In this document: in pieces, positions 33,929-43,117 of the stretch | Position numbering within the stretch: the first letter of the stretch is position 1 | Layout: each line of letters begins with the position of its first letter | The notes under the pieces: generated by a model | Seen by the model: only the letters and a program-made list of their open reading frames with translations | Told to the model about the DNA's origin: nothing | Databases searched by the model: none | Program-made: the position numbers and the translations under genes | Virus record (IMG/VR): IMGVR_UViG_3300033696_000004 | Span: 36,031 to 100,030 of that record | Strand: one strand, 5' to 3' | DNA length: 64,000 nucleotides | DNA from: a virus | Taxonomy: Duplodnaviria > Heunggongvirae > Uroviricota > Caudoviricetes

Positions 33929-35365
33929 ATGGAATTCTTCAATAAAAATCTAGCAGTAAGTACAGACAGCTACAAAGCATCTCACGCATGTAAATCACAA
34001 AATGAACATGTAAAAACGGTTGGTCAGTTCCCAGAAGGTACTACCCATACTTCTTATTACATCGAAGCACGTACCGAAGATGAAGAACTTGTTGCAGCTG
34101 GCATGAACTTCGTTGCTAAAGTCTTGGAGCAAGGCATCACATTAGTTAAAGTCAATCGTGCAAATCTAATCTACCGTGCTCACTTTGGTCGTGAAATCTT
34201 CAACTACGATGCTTGGGTTCGTATCGCTACTGAGTTTGGTGGTAAACTACCAATCGACATGTGGGCTGTTCCTGAAGGTACTATAATTCCTTCTAAGACA
34301 GCAATCGCAGTTATTGAAAATACCCATCCTGATTACCCATGGTTACCAGGAAATCTAGAAACATTCGCACTACGTGGTGTCTGGTATCCAACATCCGTTA
34401 CTACTAAGTCGTACCGTTGTTTGAAAGTTTTGAAAAAATACATGGATATGACTTCTGACCTAAAAGGTGAAGCATATACTACGACACTGAAAACCCGTTT
34501 ACATGACTTTGGTGCTCGTGGTGCTTCTTCTGAAGAGTCTGCTGCAATTGGTGGTCTAGCTCACCTTTATAACTTCATAGGTACTGATACCGTAGAAGCA
34601 TTGGTACTAGCTCAAGACCTATACAATGTTGCATGTGCTGGTTTCTCTATTCCTGCTCGTGAGCATAGTACAACAATCAGCTACGAAGACGAAGATGATG
34701 CATACCGCAACAGCATTGAGTTATACGGTGAAGGCTACTACTCTTGTGTAATGGACTCAACTGATTACGAAGCTGCTGTAGAACGTGTATGTTTAACCAT
34801 GAAAGATGACATCATTGCTAAGGGTGGTACGTTTGTATTCCGTCCTGACAGTGGTAGCATGATCGATAACATTATGTTCACGCTAAACATCCTTGGTAAG
34901 TACTTCGGTTACACTCGCAATAGCAAAGGCTACAAGGTTCTACATCCAAGTGTTCGTATCATCCAAGGTGATGACATTAACTCAGCTGACGACATCGAAC
35001 GTGTTCTGAGTTGGATGGAAACCCATCGTTGGGCTGCTGAGAACATTGCGTTTGGTATGGGTGGTGGTCTTCTACAGAAGGTTAACCGTGATACTCATAA
35101 GTTTGCTATGAAGCTAAGTGCTATCAAAGTGAATGGCGAATGGCGTGGTGTTCGTAAGTGTCCAAAGGGCGCAGAATGGAAAGCTAGTAAGAAAGGTCGT
35201 TTACGTACAATCCGTCGCCATGATGGTAAGTTGGAAACGGTTGACATCCTTACTAACGATACATTCGAAGGTAGTCTTGAAATGTTCAAGTTCATTCAAG
35301 ATGGTAAGTTAGGTTACACGGATACATTAGAAAACATTCGTAAGTGTATTGACAATAGCTTATAA
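33929..35365 (+). CDS. nadV: nicotinamide phosphoribosyltransferase (NAMPT/NadV)
   Basis: 478 aa. The N-terminus NLAVSTDSYKASH matches the NAMPT hallmark (..TDSYK.TH). Length and overall pattern are typical of NadV. Confidence 0.8.
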   Translation: MEFFNKNLAVSTDSYKASHACKSQNEHVKTVGQFPEGTTHTSYYIEARTEDEELVAAGMNFVAKVLEQGITLVKVNRANLIYRAHFGREIFNYDAWVRIATEFGGKLPIDMWAVPEGTIIPSKTAIAVIENTHPDYPWLPGNLETFALRGVWYPTSVTTKSYRCLKVLKKYMDMTSDLKGEAYTTTLKTRLHDFGARGASSEESAAIGGLAHLYNFIGTDTVEALVLAQDLYNVACAGFSIPAREHSTTISYEDEDDAYRNSIELYGEGYYSCVMDSTDYEAAVERVCLTMKDDIIAKGGTFVFRPDSGSMIDNIMFTLNILGKYFGYTRNSKGYKVLHPSVRIIQGDDINSADDIERVLSWMETHRWAAENIAFGMGGGLLQKVNRDTHKFAMKLSAIKVNGEWRGVRKCPKGAEWKASKKGRLRTIRRHDGKLETVDILTNDTFEGSLEMFKFIQDGKLGYTDTLENIRKCIDNSL

Positions 35366-35376
35366 TAATGTACAAT

Positions 35377-35405
35377 GGGAACTTCTTCGGAGGTTCCCAT
35401 TTTAT
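35377..35405 (+). terminator. rho-independent terminator
   Basis: gggaacttcttcggaggttccc hairpin plus T run. The same hairpin recurs at 40242-40270. Confidence 0.65.
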
Positions 35406-35417
35406 TAAGGAAATAGT

Positions 35418-35621
35418 ATGACATTTATTAATAAGAAAGCACATCGTATCCAACAGAGTATAGATCAACTAGAACGTGATAAGAACATCTGCAAATCACG
35501 TAAGAGACAATACTTGGATTATGTGGCTGAGTTGGATACTCGTGTTGAAACTATCGATTCTCGTATAGAAGAAACTAAACTTAATCTTGCTAATGTTATT
35601 AAGAGATTCAAGCATGATTAG
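35418..35621 (+). CDS. hypothetical small protein
   Basis: 67 aa coiled-coil-like ORF. Confidence 0.4.
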   Translation: MTFINKKAHRIQQSIDQLERDKNICKSRKRQYLDYVAELDTRVETIDSRIEETKLNLANVIKRFKHD

Positions 35622-35772
35622 CGATGAACGGTTTGAACGCTTCTGTTGGACTGAAAATAATCCACCTATAGTGATTCCTAAAGGCGACAAAGAAGCATTA
35701 CTAAAATGTCTAGCAGAAGCTAAGGCATTCAACGATAAGTATCGTTCTCAACCAAATAAGGAAACAGAATGA
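35587..35772 (+). CDS. hypothetical small protein
   Basis: 61 aa. Stop TGA overlaps the next ATG (ATGA). Confidence 0.35.
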   Translation: MLMLLRDSSMISDERFERFCWTENNPPIVIPKGDKEALLKCLAEAKAFNDKYRSQPNKETE

Positions 35773-35873
35773 GTATTGGTAAGTTGTTAGCGTTAATGAT
35801 TATTGCTGGTGTTAGTGGGTTTGCAATGGGATGGTTCATTGCTTCATTTTTAGATGTTACGGGTGCATTGTAA
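35769..35873 (+). CDS. 35-aa hydrophobic peptide (single transmembrane helix)
   Basis: MSIGKLLALMIIAGVSGFAMGWFIASFLDVTGAL. It is coupled ATGA to the upstream ORF and TAATG to the sirtuin gene. Not in the supplied ORF track (too short). Confidence 0.35.
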   Translation: MSIGKLLALMIIAGVSGFAMGWFIASFLDVTGAL

Positions 35874-36577
35874 TGGGTAAAATCTTTATTATTTCAGGTG
35901 CTGGTTTATCAGCTGAGTCAGGTGTTCCAACTTTCCGTGATGCAAACGGTCTATGGCATAATCATAAAATCGAAGATGTTTGTTATATCAGTACGTGGCA
36001 GCAAAACTATCACTTAGTTCACCGTTTCTATAATGAACGTCGTGTTGAAATGGGTAATGTGGAACCAAATGCAATGCATAAAGCTATTGCTGGTTGGCAG
36101 AAAGAGTTCGGTAAAGAAAATGTAATCAATGTTACAACTAACGTAGATGACTTACTAGAACGTGCTGGCGTTGAAGATGCAGTCCATCTTCATGGCGAAA
36201 TCACTAAGATTGTCGATACTCGCACTGGCGAAATAGAAGACATTGGTTACACTGCTTTCGATAGCAAATTCCTCGATACTGAAGTCCATAAACCTTACGT
36301 TGTATTCTTCGGTGAACATGCTCCAGAATATGAAACATTAAGCGCAATGACTAATTTTGACATGCAAGGTGGTGATATTGTTGTCTTCATCGGTATGAGT
36401 TTTGTAGTGGTTCCAGTTGGTATGTGTCTACCGTGGTGTCGTAATGTATCTACGATCAATATCAATCCTGATCCTAAGACTGGTTACGACCACGAATGGG
36501 ATTTACACATTGAGTCAACCGCAACGGAAGCTATCACACAACTGGATCGCATTATCCGCAATAATTTGACAAAATAA
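35873..36577 (+). CDS. Sir2-family NAD-dependent deacylase (sirtuin)
   Basis: ~234 aa from the ATG at 35873. GAGLSAESGVPTFRDANGLW is the canonical sirtuin NAD-binding motif (GAGIS..SGIPTFRG..GLW). HG motif at HLHGE. Confidence 0.75.
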   Translation: MGKIFIISGAGLSAESGVPTFRDANGLWHNHKIEDVCYISTWQQNYHLVHRFYNERRVEMGNVEPNAMHKAIAGWQKEFGKENVINVTTNVDDLLERAGVEDAVHLHGEITKIVDTRTGEIEDIGYTAFDSKFLDTEVHKPYVVFFGEHAPEYETLSAMTNFDMQGGDIVVFIGMSFVVVPVGMCLPWCRNVSTININPDPKTGYDHEWDLHIESTATEAITQLDRIIRNNLTK

Positions 36578-36631
36578 ATTGTTTATGTTACCAGATTTTA
36601 CTGTATAATAAATACTATTCCAAACGGAGGT

Positions 36632-37123
36632 ATGACAGTGAAACAGTTGAAATCTGGCAAAACATACAAAGAAGCAAAGGAGACATTATATCATCAACAG
36701 AATGGTAAATGTCTCCTTTGTGATCGTAACCTAGAATCAAACATTCAAAAGAACCATTTAGACCACGACCACGCTCTAACAGGATCTGATGCTGGTAGAG
36801 TTCGTGGATTGTTATGTAATCTGTGTAATGGTACTGAAGGTATAGTCAAACATAAGTTCAATCGTTCTGGACTAGTCAGACAAGAAGTTGATTACATCAA
36901 ATGGTTGGAAAATCTAGTCATTTATCTAAAGAAAGATTATTCTAGAAATGACTTCCATCCTCAGTACATAACTGATATAATAAAGCAGTTCTCTAGATTG
37001 TCTCTAAGTGAGATGAAAAATGAAATGCACAAAAGAGGTTATACCCATGAACAATCTGACAAAAAATCAGAGTTGGTTAAAAAATTCAGCAAACAATTTC
37101 GAAAGGAGCAACACAGCTTATGA
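36632..37123 (+). CDS. 49: recombination endonuclease VII (T4 gp49-like)
   Basis: 163 aa. Strong similarity to T4 EndoVII as I recall it: NGKCLLCDRNLE...NHLDHDHALTG..AGRVRGLLCNLCNGTEG..KHKFNRSGL...DYIKWLENL. Confidence 0.85.
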   Translation: MTVKQLKSGKTYKEAKETLYHQQNGKCLLCDRNLESNIQKNHLDHDHALTGSDAGRVRGLLCNLCNGTEGIVKHKFNRSGLVRQEVDYIKWLENLVIYLKKDYSRNDFHPQYITDIIKQFSRLSLSEMKNEMHKRGYTHEQSDKKSELVKKFSKQFRKEQHSL

Positions 37124-38997
37124 ACAACTGGAAAACCAATATGATCCATGAGATCAAAGAGCTATACAATGGTACTAATAATGCAGTTAACAACGAAAAT
37201 GCAAATAAAGATGCAATGGTTATTGCAACAAAGCGTGATTTACTTGCTGGTATCGTATCCAAATCATTTGCGTTAAATGAACTATTACCAGTACACATTG
37301 CCAAAGCTCATGTTGATGGCGATTTACATTTTCACGATTTGGATTATTCACCATTGGGTAGCTACTTCAACTGTATGATCGTTGACATACCTGAGATGTT
37401 TAAAGGCTTTACTATGGGTTCTGCCGAAGTTGAGACTCCTAAGTCGATCAACACTGCAATGAATCTAGTTGCTCAGATTGTTGCTAATGTGTCGTCTAAT
37501 ACTTACGGTGGTACTACCATCCAGCAGTTAGATGAAATCATGGTTCCTTATGTTCGTTCATCTTATAACAAACACTTATCATTGTTCCTACGTGTGTACG
37601 AAGGTGATGAACGCAAAGCTGCTATCATGGCAGAAGAACTGACCGAAAAGGAAGTGTATGACGCTTGTCAATCTCTTGAATATGAATTGAATACGATTTA
37701 TTCATCTAACGGTCAAACTCCATTCGTTACTATTAACTTTGGACTTGGTACTTGTTGGGAATCTCGTTTAGTTCAAAAGGGTATTTTGCAGACTCGCATC
37801 AACGGTCTAGGTAAGACTAAGAAAACAGCTGTATTCCCTAAACTAGTTTTCACAATTAAAGATGGAGTCAACCACAAACCGTTTGACCCCAACTACGATG
37901 TCAAGCAATTGGCATTGGAGTGTGCTTCTAAACGTATGTATCCTGACATACTGAACTATGATAAACTGGTAGAGATTACTGGTGACTTTAAAGCTCCTAT
38001 GGGATGTCGTAGCTTCCTTTCGCCATGGACTGATGCAAACGGTAAGTATACTACTATGGGTCGCAACAACATGGGTGTAGTTTCTGTGAACATTCCACGC
38101 ATTGCAATCGAAGCTAATGGTGACATTGAAAAATTCTGGGAACTATTAGACCAGCGTGTTGGATTTGTCAAAGAAGCTCTTGATGTTCGGGTTGACCGTC
38201 TGCGTACAGTACAAGCAAAAGAAGCTCCTATTCTTTACATGCATGGTGCTCTTGGTGTTCGTTTACAGCCAGAAGATTACGTATTCAGTATCCTAGAAAA
38301 TGGTCGTGCATCAGTTTCTATGGGTTACATTGGTTTACACGAAGCAGCAAATGCTATGTTTGGCGATGACGAACATACGGTTGAGTCTCCACGTAAAACG
38401 CATTTTACTGTTGAAATCGTTGAGCGTTTACGTAATTACACTGACAAATGGAAGAAGGAAAGCGGTCTAGGTTACAGCTTATACTCAACTCCATCTGAAA
38501 GCCTATGTGACCGTTTCTGTAAGCTTGACAGCAAGAAGTTTGGTGTTATCGCTGGTGTGAATGATAAAGAGTACTACACTAACTCTTTCCATCAATGTGT
38601 TCTTAAAAAGACAACACCTTACGAAAAGATTGACTTCGAAGCTCGTTACCCACAATATACAAGTGGTGGTTTCATCTCTTATGTTGAATTCCCTAACGTT
38701 AAGCATAACCTGAAAGGTCTTGAAACTATTTGGGATTACACATACACTCGTTTACCATACTTTGGTACGAACACTCCAGTTGATAACTGTAGTGAATGTG
38801 GTTTCTATGGTGAATCTAAGGCTACTAAGCAGGGATTTGAATGTCCATGCTGTGGCAACAAAGATCCTCGTACATTATCGGTTACACGTCGTGTGTGTGG
38901 TTACTTGGGTAATCCTGGTGCTCGTCCTTATTGTGTTGGTAAACAAGTTGAAGTTATTGGTCGTGTCAAGCACATGTCACCACTCGGAAAACTATAA
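37120..38997 (+). CDS. nrdD: anaerobic ribonucleoside-triphosphate reductase (class III)
   Basis: 625 aa. C-terminal glycyl-radical motif RRVCGYLG and a Zn ribbon CSECG...CPCCG. Followed by the activase gene. Confidence 0.85.
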   Translation: MNNWKTNMIHEIKELYNGTNNAVNNENANKDAMVIATKRDLLAGIVSKSFALNELLPVHIAKAHVDGDLHFHDLDYSPLGSYFNCMIVDIPEMFKGFTMGSAEVETPKSINTAMNLVAQIVANVSSNTYGGTTIQQLDEIMVPYVRSSYNKHLSLFLRVYEGDERKAAIMAEELTEKEVYDACQSLEYELNTIYSSNGQTPFVTINFGLGTCWESRLVQKGILQTRINGLGKTKKTAVFPKLVFTIKDGVNHKPFDPNYDVKQLALECASKRMYPDILNYDKLVEITGDFKAPMGCRSFLSPWTDANGKYTTMGRNNMGVVSVNIPRIAIEANGDIEKFWELLDQRVGFVKEALDVRVDRLRTVQAKEAPILYMHGALGVRLQPEDYVFSILENGRASVSMGYIGLHEAANAMFGDDEHTVESPRKTHFTVEIVERLRNYTDKWKKESGLGYSLYSTPSESLCDRFCKLDSKKFGVIAGVNDKEYYTNSFHQCVLKKTTPYEKIDFEARYPQYTSGGFISYVEFPNVKHNLKGLETIWDYTYTRLPYFGTNTPVDNCSECGFYGESKATKQGFECPCCGNKDPRTLSVTRRVCGYLGNPGARPYCVGKQVEVIGRVKHMSPLGKL

Positions 38998-39104
38998 TGA
39001 CCCCATCACAAGCAGCATGGCTTCAACGTATGAAAGACATGCAACGTTTACGTAAGTTAGCACAAGAGTTACGTGAAAACAAAACTAAAAAGTAGTTTAC
39101 AACC

Positions 39105-39138
39105 AAAGGGTGATCTGTTAAGATCACCCTTTCTTTTT
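39105..39138 (+). terminator. rho-independent terminator
   Basis: aagggtgatctgttaagatcaccctt hairpin plus T run. Confidence 0.6.
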
Positions 39139-39150
39139 GGAATAAACAAA

Positions 39151-39630
39151 ATGAAATACTGCAATTATCACAAAATCTATCCGTGTGACCTATCAAACGG
39201 TGAAGGTGTACGGTTAACAATTTTCTTCTCAGGGTGTATTCATGGCTGCAAAGGATGCTATAATACGTCAACGTGGGAACCAACATCAGGAGTACAATTC
39301 AATGAAGAAACAATTAACAAACTGCTGGACGACTGTGCTAATCATACTGGGCTGTCCCTTTCAGGTGGTGACCCTCTGCATCATTGTAATCGCTGGACTG
39401 TTTATGAACTTGTCTCTCGTTTTAAACAGTTATACCCAGAAAAGGATATATGGATGTGGACTGGATTCACCCATGAAGACATCAAAGATGAACCAGAAGT
39501 TGCAAAAATTCTACAACACATTGATGTAATGATTGACGGTAAGTATGAAAGGGATTTACCCCCACGTCAAGACCAGCCGTGGCGTGGAAGTTCAAACCAA
39601 CGCTTAATTAAAATTAAAGAAATCAGTTGA
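39151..39630 (+). CDS. nrdG: anaerobic RNR activating protein (radical SAM)
   Basis: 159 aa from the ATG at 39151. CNYHKIYPCD...GCIHGCKGCYN cysteine pattern of NrdG activases. Confidence 0.8.
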   Translation: MKYCNYHKIYPCDLSNGEGVRLTIFFSGCIHGCKGCYNTSTWEPTSGVQFNEETINKLLDDCANHTGLSLSGGDPLHHCNRWTVYELVSRFKQLYPEKDIWMWTGFTHEDIKDEPEVAKILQHIDVMIDGKYERDLPPRQDQPWRGSSNQRLIKIKEIS

Positions 39631-39653
39631 CAATTACTGATAATGGAGTTATT

Positions 39654-39938
39654 ATGATTGAAATCTTCGGATTTGATAAAGAAACGATGTACTGTCCTAA
39701 TTGCATGAAAGCCGTTAAATTCTGCGAAGATAACGGATATGAGTACAAATTTCATAGTGTTATTAGTGGTATCGAACGTGGACAATTCGTTCGTGACATC
39801 GATGTATGTACAGAATTAATGGATCGTATGGGAATTGAAAATACCGATAAAGTTATCGTTCCTAAGATCTTTGTCGATGGTGAGTACATCGGTGGTGTAA
39901 CTGACATGAAAAACCATTTTAAGTGTTTACAAAACTAA
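39654..39938 (+). CDS. nrdC: glutaredoxin (NrdC/NrdH-like)
   Basis: 94 aa from the ATG at 39654. CPNC active site at the N-terminus of a thioredoxin fold. Confidence 0.7.
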   Translation: MIEIFGFDKETMYCPNCMKAVKFCEDNGYEYKFHSVISGIERGQFVRDIDVCTELMDRMGIENTDKVIVPKIFVDGEYIGGVTDMKNHFKCLQN

Positions 39939-39965
39939 TTATTCTGGTATTATAAGGAAATCGAA

Positions 39966-40235
39966 ATGGTACGCAAAACATTTGTACAAGTATTAGATCA
40001 TGATCATTGTAGTAAAGCTACAGAAATCAAAAATCTACTCAATCGCTATCTTGTAAAACGCTTAGAACGTGTCAAGCAGGGAGATGTAATTGATGATAAA
40101 TGGCTTGACGACACAGAAGCTGGTTGTCAAACAATGATTCAGCACTTAGGTGTTCGTAAATCATTAGCACGTGAACATGCTGTAAACTACATTTTACAGG
40201 AACGTGGTATTGCTATTTTTGGCGTAACAAACTAA
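39966..40235 (+). CDS. hypothetical protein
   Basis: 89 aa ORF. Confidence 0.4.
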   Translation: MVRKTFVQVLDHDHCSKATEIKNLLNRYLVKRLERVKQGDVIDDKWLDDTEAGCQTMIQHLGVRKSLAREHAVNYILQERGIAIFGVTN

Positions 40236-40241
40236 TTATAA

Positions 40242-40270
40242 GGGAACTTCTTCGGAGGTTCCCATTTTTT
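40242..40270 (+). terminator. rho-independent terminator
   Basis: Same gggaacttcttcggaggttccc hairpin as at 35377. Confidence 0.65.
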
Positions 40271-41767
40271 ATGGACAGTGAAATGAAAGTAACCGCTAAC
40301 ATTCTAGAAGCAGTTCCAGCAGCTGGTAAAACCGCAGCAATGCTAAAAGATACAATCAAATCTGGGAAACCTACAATCATTGCGTCGATTTCACGCCAGC
40401 TGAATCGTCAGTCTTACGACTTCTATGTGAAGAATGGTGGGAAGAATGCAATAATTGTTGACTCCGACAACCGCAATGAGTTTGCGTCGGTATCCAAAAC
40501 AATAGAAAACTCTATTGGGGATGGAAGTCGTGTACTGTTTATCACGCATTCCGCATTATTGCAGTTTGAGAATTACGACCTATTCAAAGGTTACCAGTTG
40601 CTTATCGATGAAGTTCCCGACATGATCTCACTTGAGATGATGCGCTTTACGTATAACAGCTATAAGGTATTAGGTTACTGCGATCCCGTTGATGGTGAAG
40701 TTGGAGTACAATACAATCTAGTACTCGATGAAACTAAGCGTGAAGAACTGACTAAGATTGCAATGGATGGATTCTACAAGAATGATGACATTGCAGAAAA
40801 ATTATTGCCAGTGTATCGTAGTTTGTTGTATGGTTTTCCAGTGAAGTATCGCCTAGGTGATGATGGAATCAGTTGCGTCTATTACATTGAAGATTTAACC
40901 AACCAAAACTGGTCGGTATTCAATGGGATTACTATCGCATGTGCTAACTTTGCACAGACTTTTACTGGATACATTCTAAAGCATTGGAATAAATGGAAGT
41001 TCAAAGAAAGTCCGTTGAAATCCAACTTATTGTTTAGCGACTACAAGAATACAGATCGTATTAACGTGCATGTAATGGTAGACCAAAACTGGTCTCGTTA
41101 CGTTGCGGATAAGCAGATTGAAGGTAAGAACGTATTCAGTCACGTACAAGACCACGTCGATGGTATGTTCCCCAATAACGATTATATCTATACAATCAAT
41201 AACTACCGTTCTCGTATGGGTGGTATGCAGATTCAGTACAATCCACATGGGCTGAATTTATATTCTTCGGAAACAAACATTGTAGCTTTGTTTAGTTACA
41301 ACCCACAACCATGGCAGATACCTATTCTCAAAGAATTAGCAGTGATGCAAGGGTTAGATGAAAATGAATTGGTTGATGCGTTTATCGTATCTAAGTACTT
41401 GGAACCGATTTTCCAGTTATGTACTCGTGGTGACATGCGCAATTTCTATTCAACCGATAAAATTAATCTAGTTGTTCCAGACCAACGTGCAGCATTTTAT
41501 TTGAAGAATAACTACATGTCCAATGCTAAGGTATTTGCTCCAGTTGTAGTGATGCCCGAAGCCGAAGATAGGGTTGAACCATCACAGTTCAAGTGGAAGA
41601 ATCGTGGTGTATCTGCTGTATTAGAAATGAATCCATCAGAACGTCGTGCTTTCTATTATTTCCACAAAAAGAATGGTGTCGCTGCTGGTAAATTAGATCC
41701 AAATAATACTAAGGTATTGATGGAATCTAAAAACTGGCTAACTGAATATCGCAAGCGTAAAAATTAA
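40271..41767 (+). CDS. P-loop NTPase of unknown function
   Basis: 498 aa. Walker A-like AVPAAGKTAAM and Walker B-like LLIDEVPD. No closer assignment possible by eye. Confidence 0.45.
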   Translation: MDSEMKVTANILEAVPAAGKTAAMLKDTIKSGKPTIIASISRQLNRQSYDFYVKNGGKNAIIVDSDNRNEFASVSKTIENSIGDGSRVLFITHSALLQFENYDLFKGYQLLIDEVPDMISLEMMRFTYNSYKVLGYCDPVDGEVGVQYNLVLDETKREELTKIAMDGFYKNDDIAEKLLPVYRSLLYGFPVKYRLGDDGISCVYYIEDLTNQNWSVFNGITIACANFAQTFTGYILKHWNKWKFKESPLKSNLLFSDYKNTDRINVHVMVDQNWSRYVADKQIEGKNVFSHVQDHVDGMFPNNDYIYTINNYRSRMGGMQIQYNPHGLNLYSSETNIVALFSYNPQPWQIPILKELAVMQGLDENELVDAFIVSKYLEPIFQLCTRGDMRNFYSTDKINLVVPDQRAAFYLKNNYMSNAKVFAPVVVMPEAEDRVEPSQFKWKNRGVSAVLEMNPSERRAFYYFHKKNGVAAGKLDPNNTKVLMESKNWLTEYRKRKN

Positions 41768-41782
41768 ATTTGTTCATTTGTT

Positions 41783-41808
41783 CATTTATTATAGATCTAT
41801 AATGAACA
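41783..41808 (+). promoter_or_regulatory. 26-bp regulatory element, copy 2 (catttattatagatctataatgaaca) upstream of gp55
   Basis: Identical to 13904-13929. Preceded by the tandem ttgttcatttgttcattt and followed by the inverted repeat gttgcgtagcaac. Confidence 0.5.
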
Positions 41809-41916
41809 ATTTGTCGTTACACGACGTTGCGTAGCAACTTATCTTACTGTTGTCAAGTAAAATTGTTTATAATCTCCGTTATTGTGGTAGAATACTTCTA
41901 AGAACTGAAGAGGTAT

Positions 41917-42459
41917 TTGATGAAAAAGAATAATGACTATGTAGATAATAAACTGTTGCTAATAGCTATTGCTGAGTGGCAACAACGTCGTTTAACGACT
42001 CTTGATTTACCACTAACCGATGAAATAGGACGTGATGTAATGTTAATCTCCTATAACCTATCAAAACGGTGGAATTTTTCTGGCTATACAGATGATTGGA
42101 AAGAACAGATGATTGGTGATGGAATCGAAGCAGCTTTGAAAGCTGTTAAAAATTTCGATGCTATCCATTTCTCTAACCCACACGCATATCTTACTACCGT
42201 ATGTTTCCGTGCATTCCAAAATCGTATAAAGAAAGAACGTCAAGAGAGTGTAGGAAAATACAAGTACTTTGTGGAAGAAGTATACGATTTTACTAACGAC
42301 GAGATTTCGGCTAATGTTGATGTCGATTTCTACCAAGATATGGTTAATAAAATCGCTGAGTATGACGAAAGCAAGAAAAAACAATGCAAAGTCGAACCCG
42401 ATTGTGACGAAGAACTTCCGTTACTCGGCTTAGGTAAGATTTATGGAAATGAATTTTAA
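41917..42459 (+). CDS. 55: late-transcription sigma factor gp55
   Basis: 180 aa. Matches T4 gp55 as recalled: NNKLLL.AI..W..., LSKRWNFSGYT..WKEQMIGDGIEA..K....FD.....NPHAY.T..CF.AF.NRIKKER. Confidence 0.85.
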   Translation: MMKKNNDYVDNKLLLIAIAEWQQRRLTTLDLPLTDEIGRDVMLISYNLSKRWNFSGYTDDWKEQMIGDGIEAALKAVKNFDAIHFSNPHAYLTTVCFRAFQNRIKKERQESVGKYKYFVEEVYDFTNDEISANVDVDFYQDMVNKIAEYDESKKKQCKVEPDCDEELPLLGLGKIYGNEF

Positions 42460-42673
42460 ATACAATCTTGTTAATATTCTACAAGAAGTAAATGGCGAAC
42501 CCGACCTGATTCCCTATTGGATTAAATTAGATCTGATGGACAGAAACGTTCCCATTACAATAGACCCTACTAACATCAAAGATGATGTATTTTCAGTAGA
42601 GGTTGGATATATCACTTATAACACTAATGACTACGGGTTTTTAAATCTCATATGGACAGTAAACAAGAGCTAA
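42443..42673 (+). CDS. hypothetical protein
   Basis: 76 aa ORF at the position occupied by alpha-glucosyltransferase in T4. Confidence 0.35.
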   Translation: MEMNFKYNLVNILQEVNGEPDLIPYWIKLDLMDRNVPITIDPTNIKDDVFSVEVGYITYNTNDYGFLNLIWTVNKS

Positions 42674-43020
42674 ACATCGAAGAACAACAACACATCGAAT
42701 CTGAATACGAAGAAATTGAACGTAAAGCCAAAGAAATGGGTATCGATTTAGACCCATTCAAAGAACAAGCTGTACAACGTGCTAATAAGATACTGAAGAA
42801 AAGCAAGCGTGAGTTGCAACGTCTACAGAAACACGCTGAGAAATGCCTCCTAGAGCTTAATAAAGAAGGTTATATCTATGCAGTTGGTAAGATTCGTACT
42901 ATCATTCGTCAACCAATGTCGGATAAAGAATTAGAAATCCTTTACGAAACATCAGTGTCGTCTTTAGTTGAGATGATTAAAGAAAAATTCAAAGAAAGTG
43001 TTGATAATACTGAAAAGTAA
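42652..43020 (+). CDS. hypothetical protein
   Basis: 122 aa charged coiled-coil-like ORF. Confidence 0.4.
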   Translation: MDSKQELNIEEQQHIESEYEEIERKAKEMGIDLDPFKEQAVQRANKILKKSKRELQRLQKHAEKCLLELNKEGYIYAVGKIRTIIRQPMSDKELEILYETSVSSLVEMIKEKFKESVDNTEK

Positions 43021-43031
43021 TGTATACTACA

Positions 43032-43060
43032 GGGGAACTCGAAAGAGTTCCCCTTTTATT
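43032..43060 (+). terminator. rho-independent terminator
   Basis: ggggaactcgaaagagttcccc hairpin plus T run. Confidence 0.6.
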
Positions 43061-43117
43061 TTGAGGAATTGATTATGATTATTAAGACAGTATCTAATAA
43101 GTATCTATTGTATCGGG

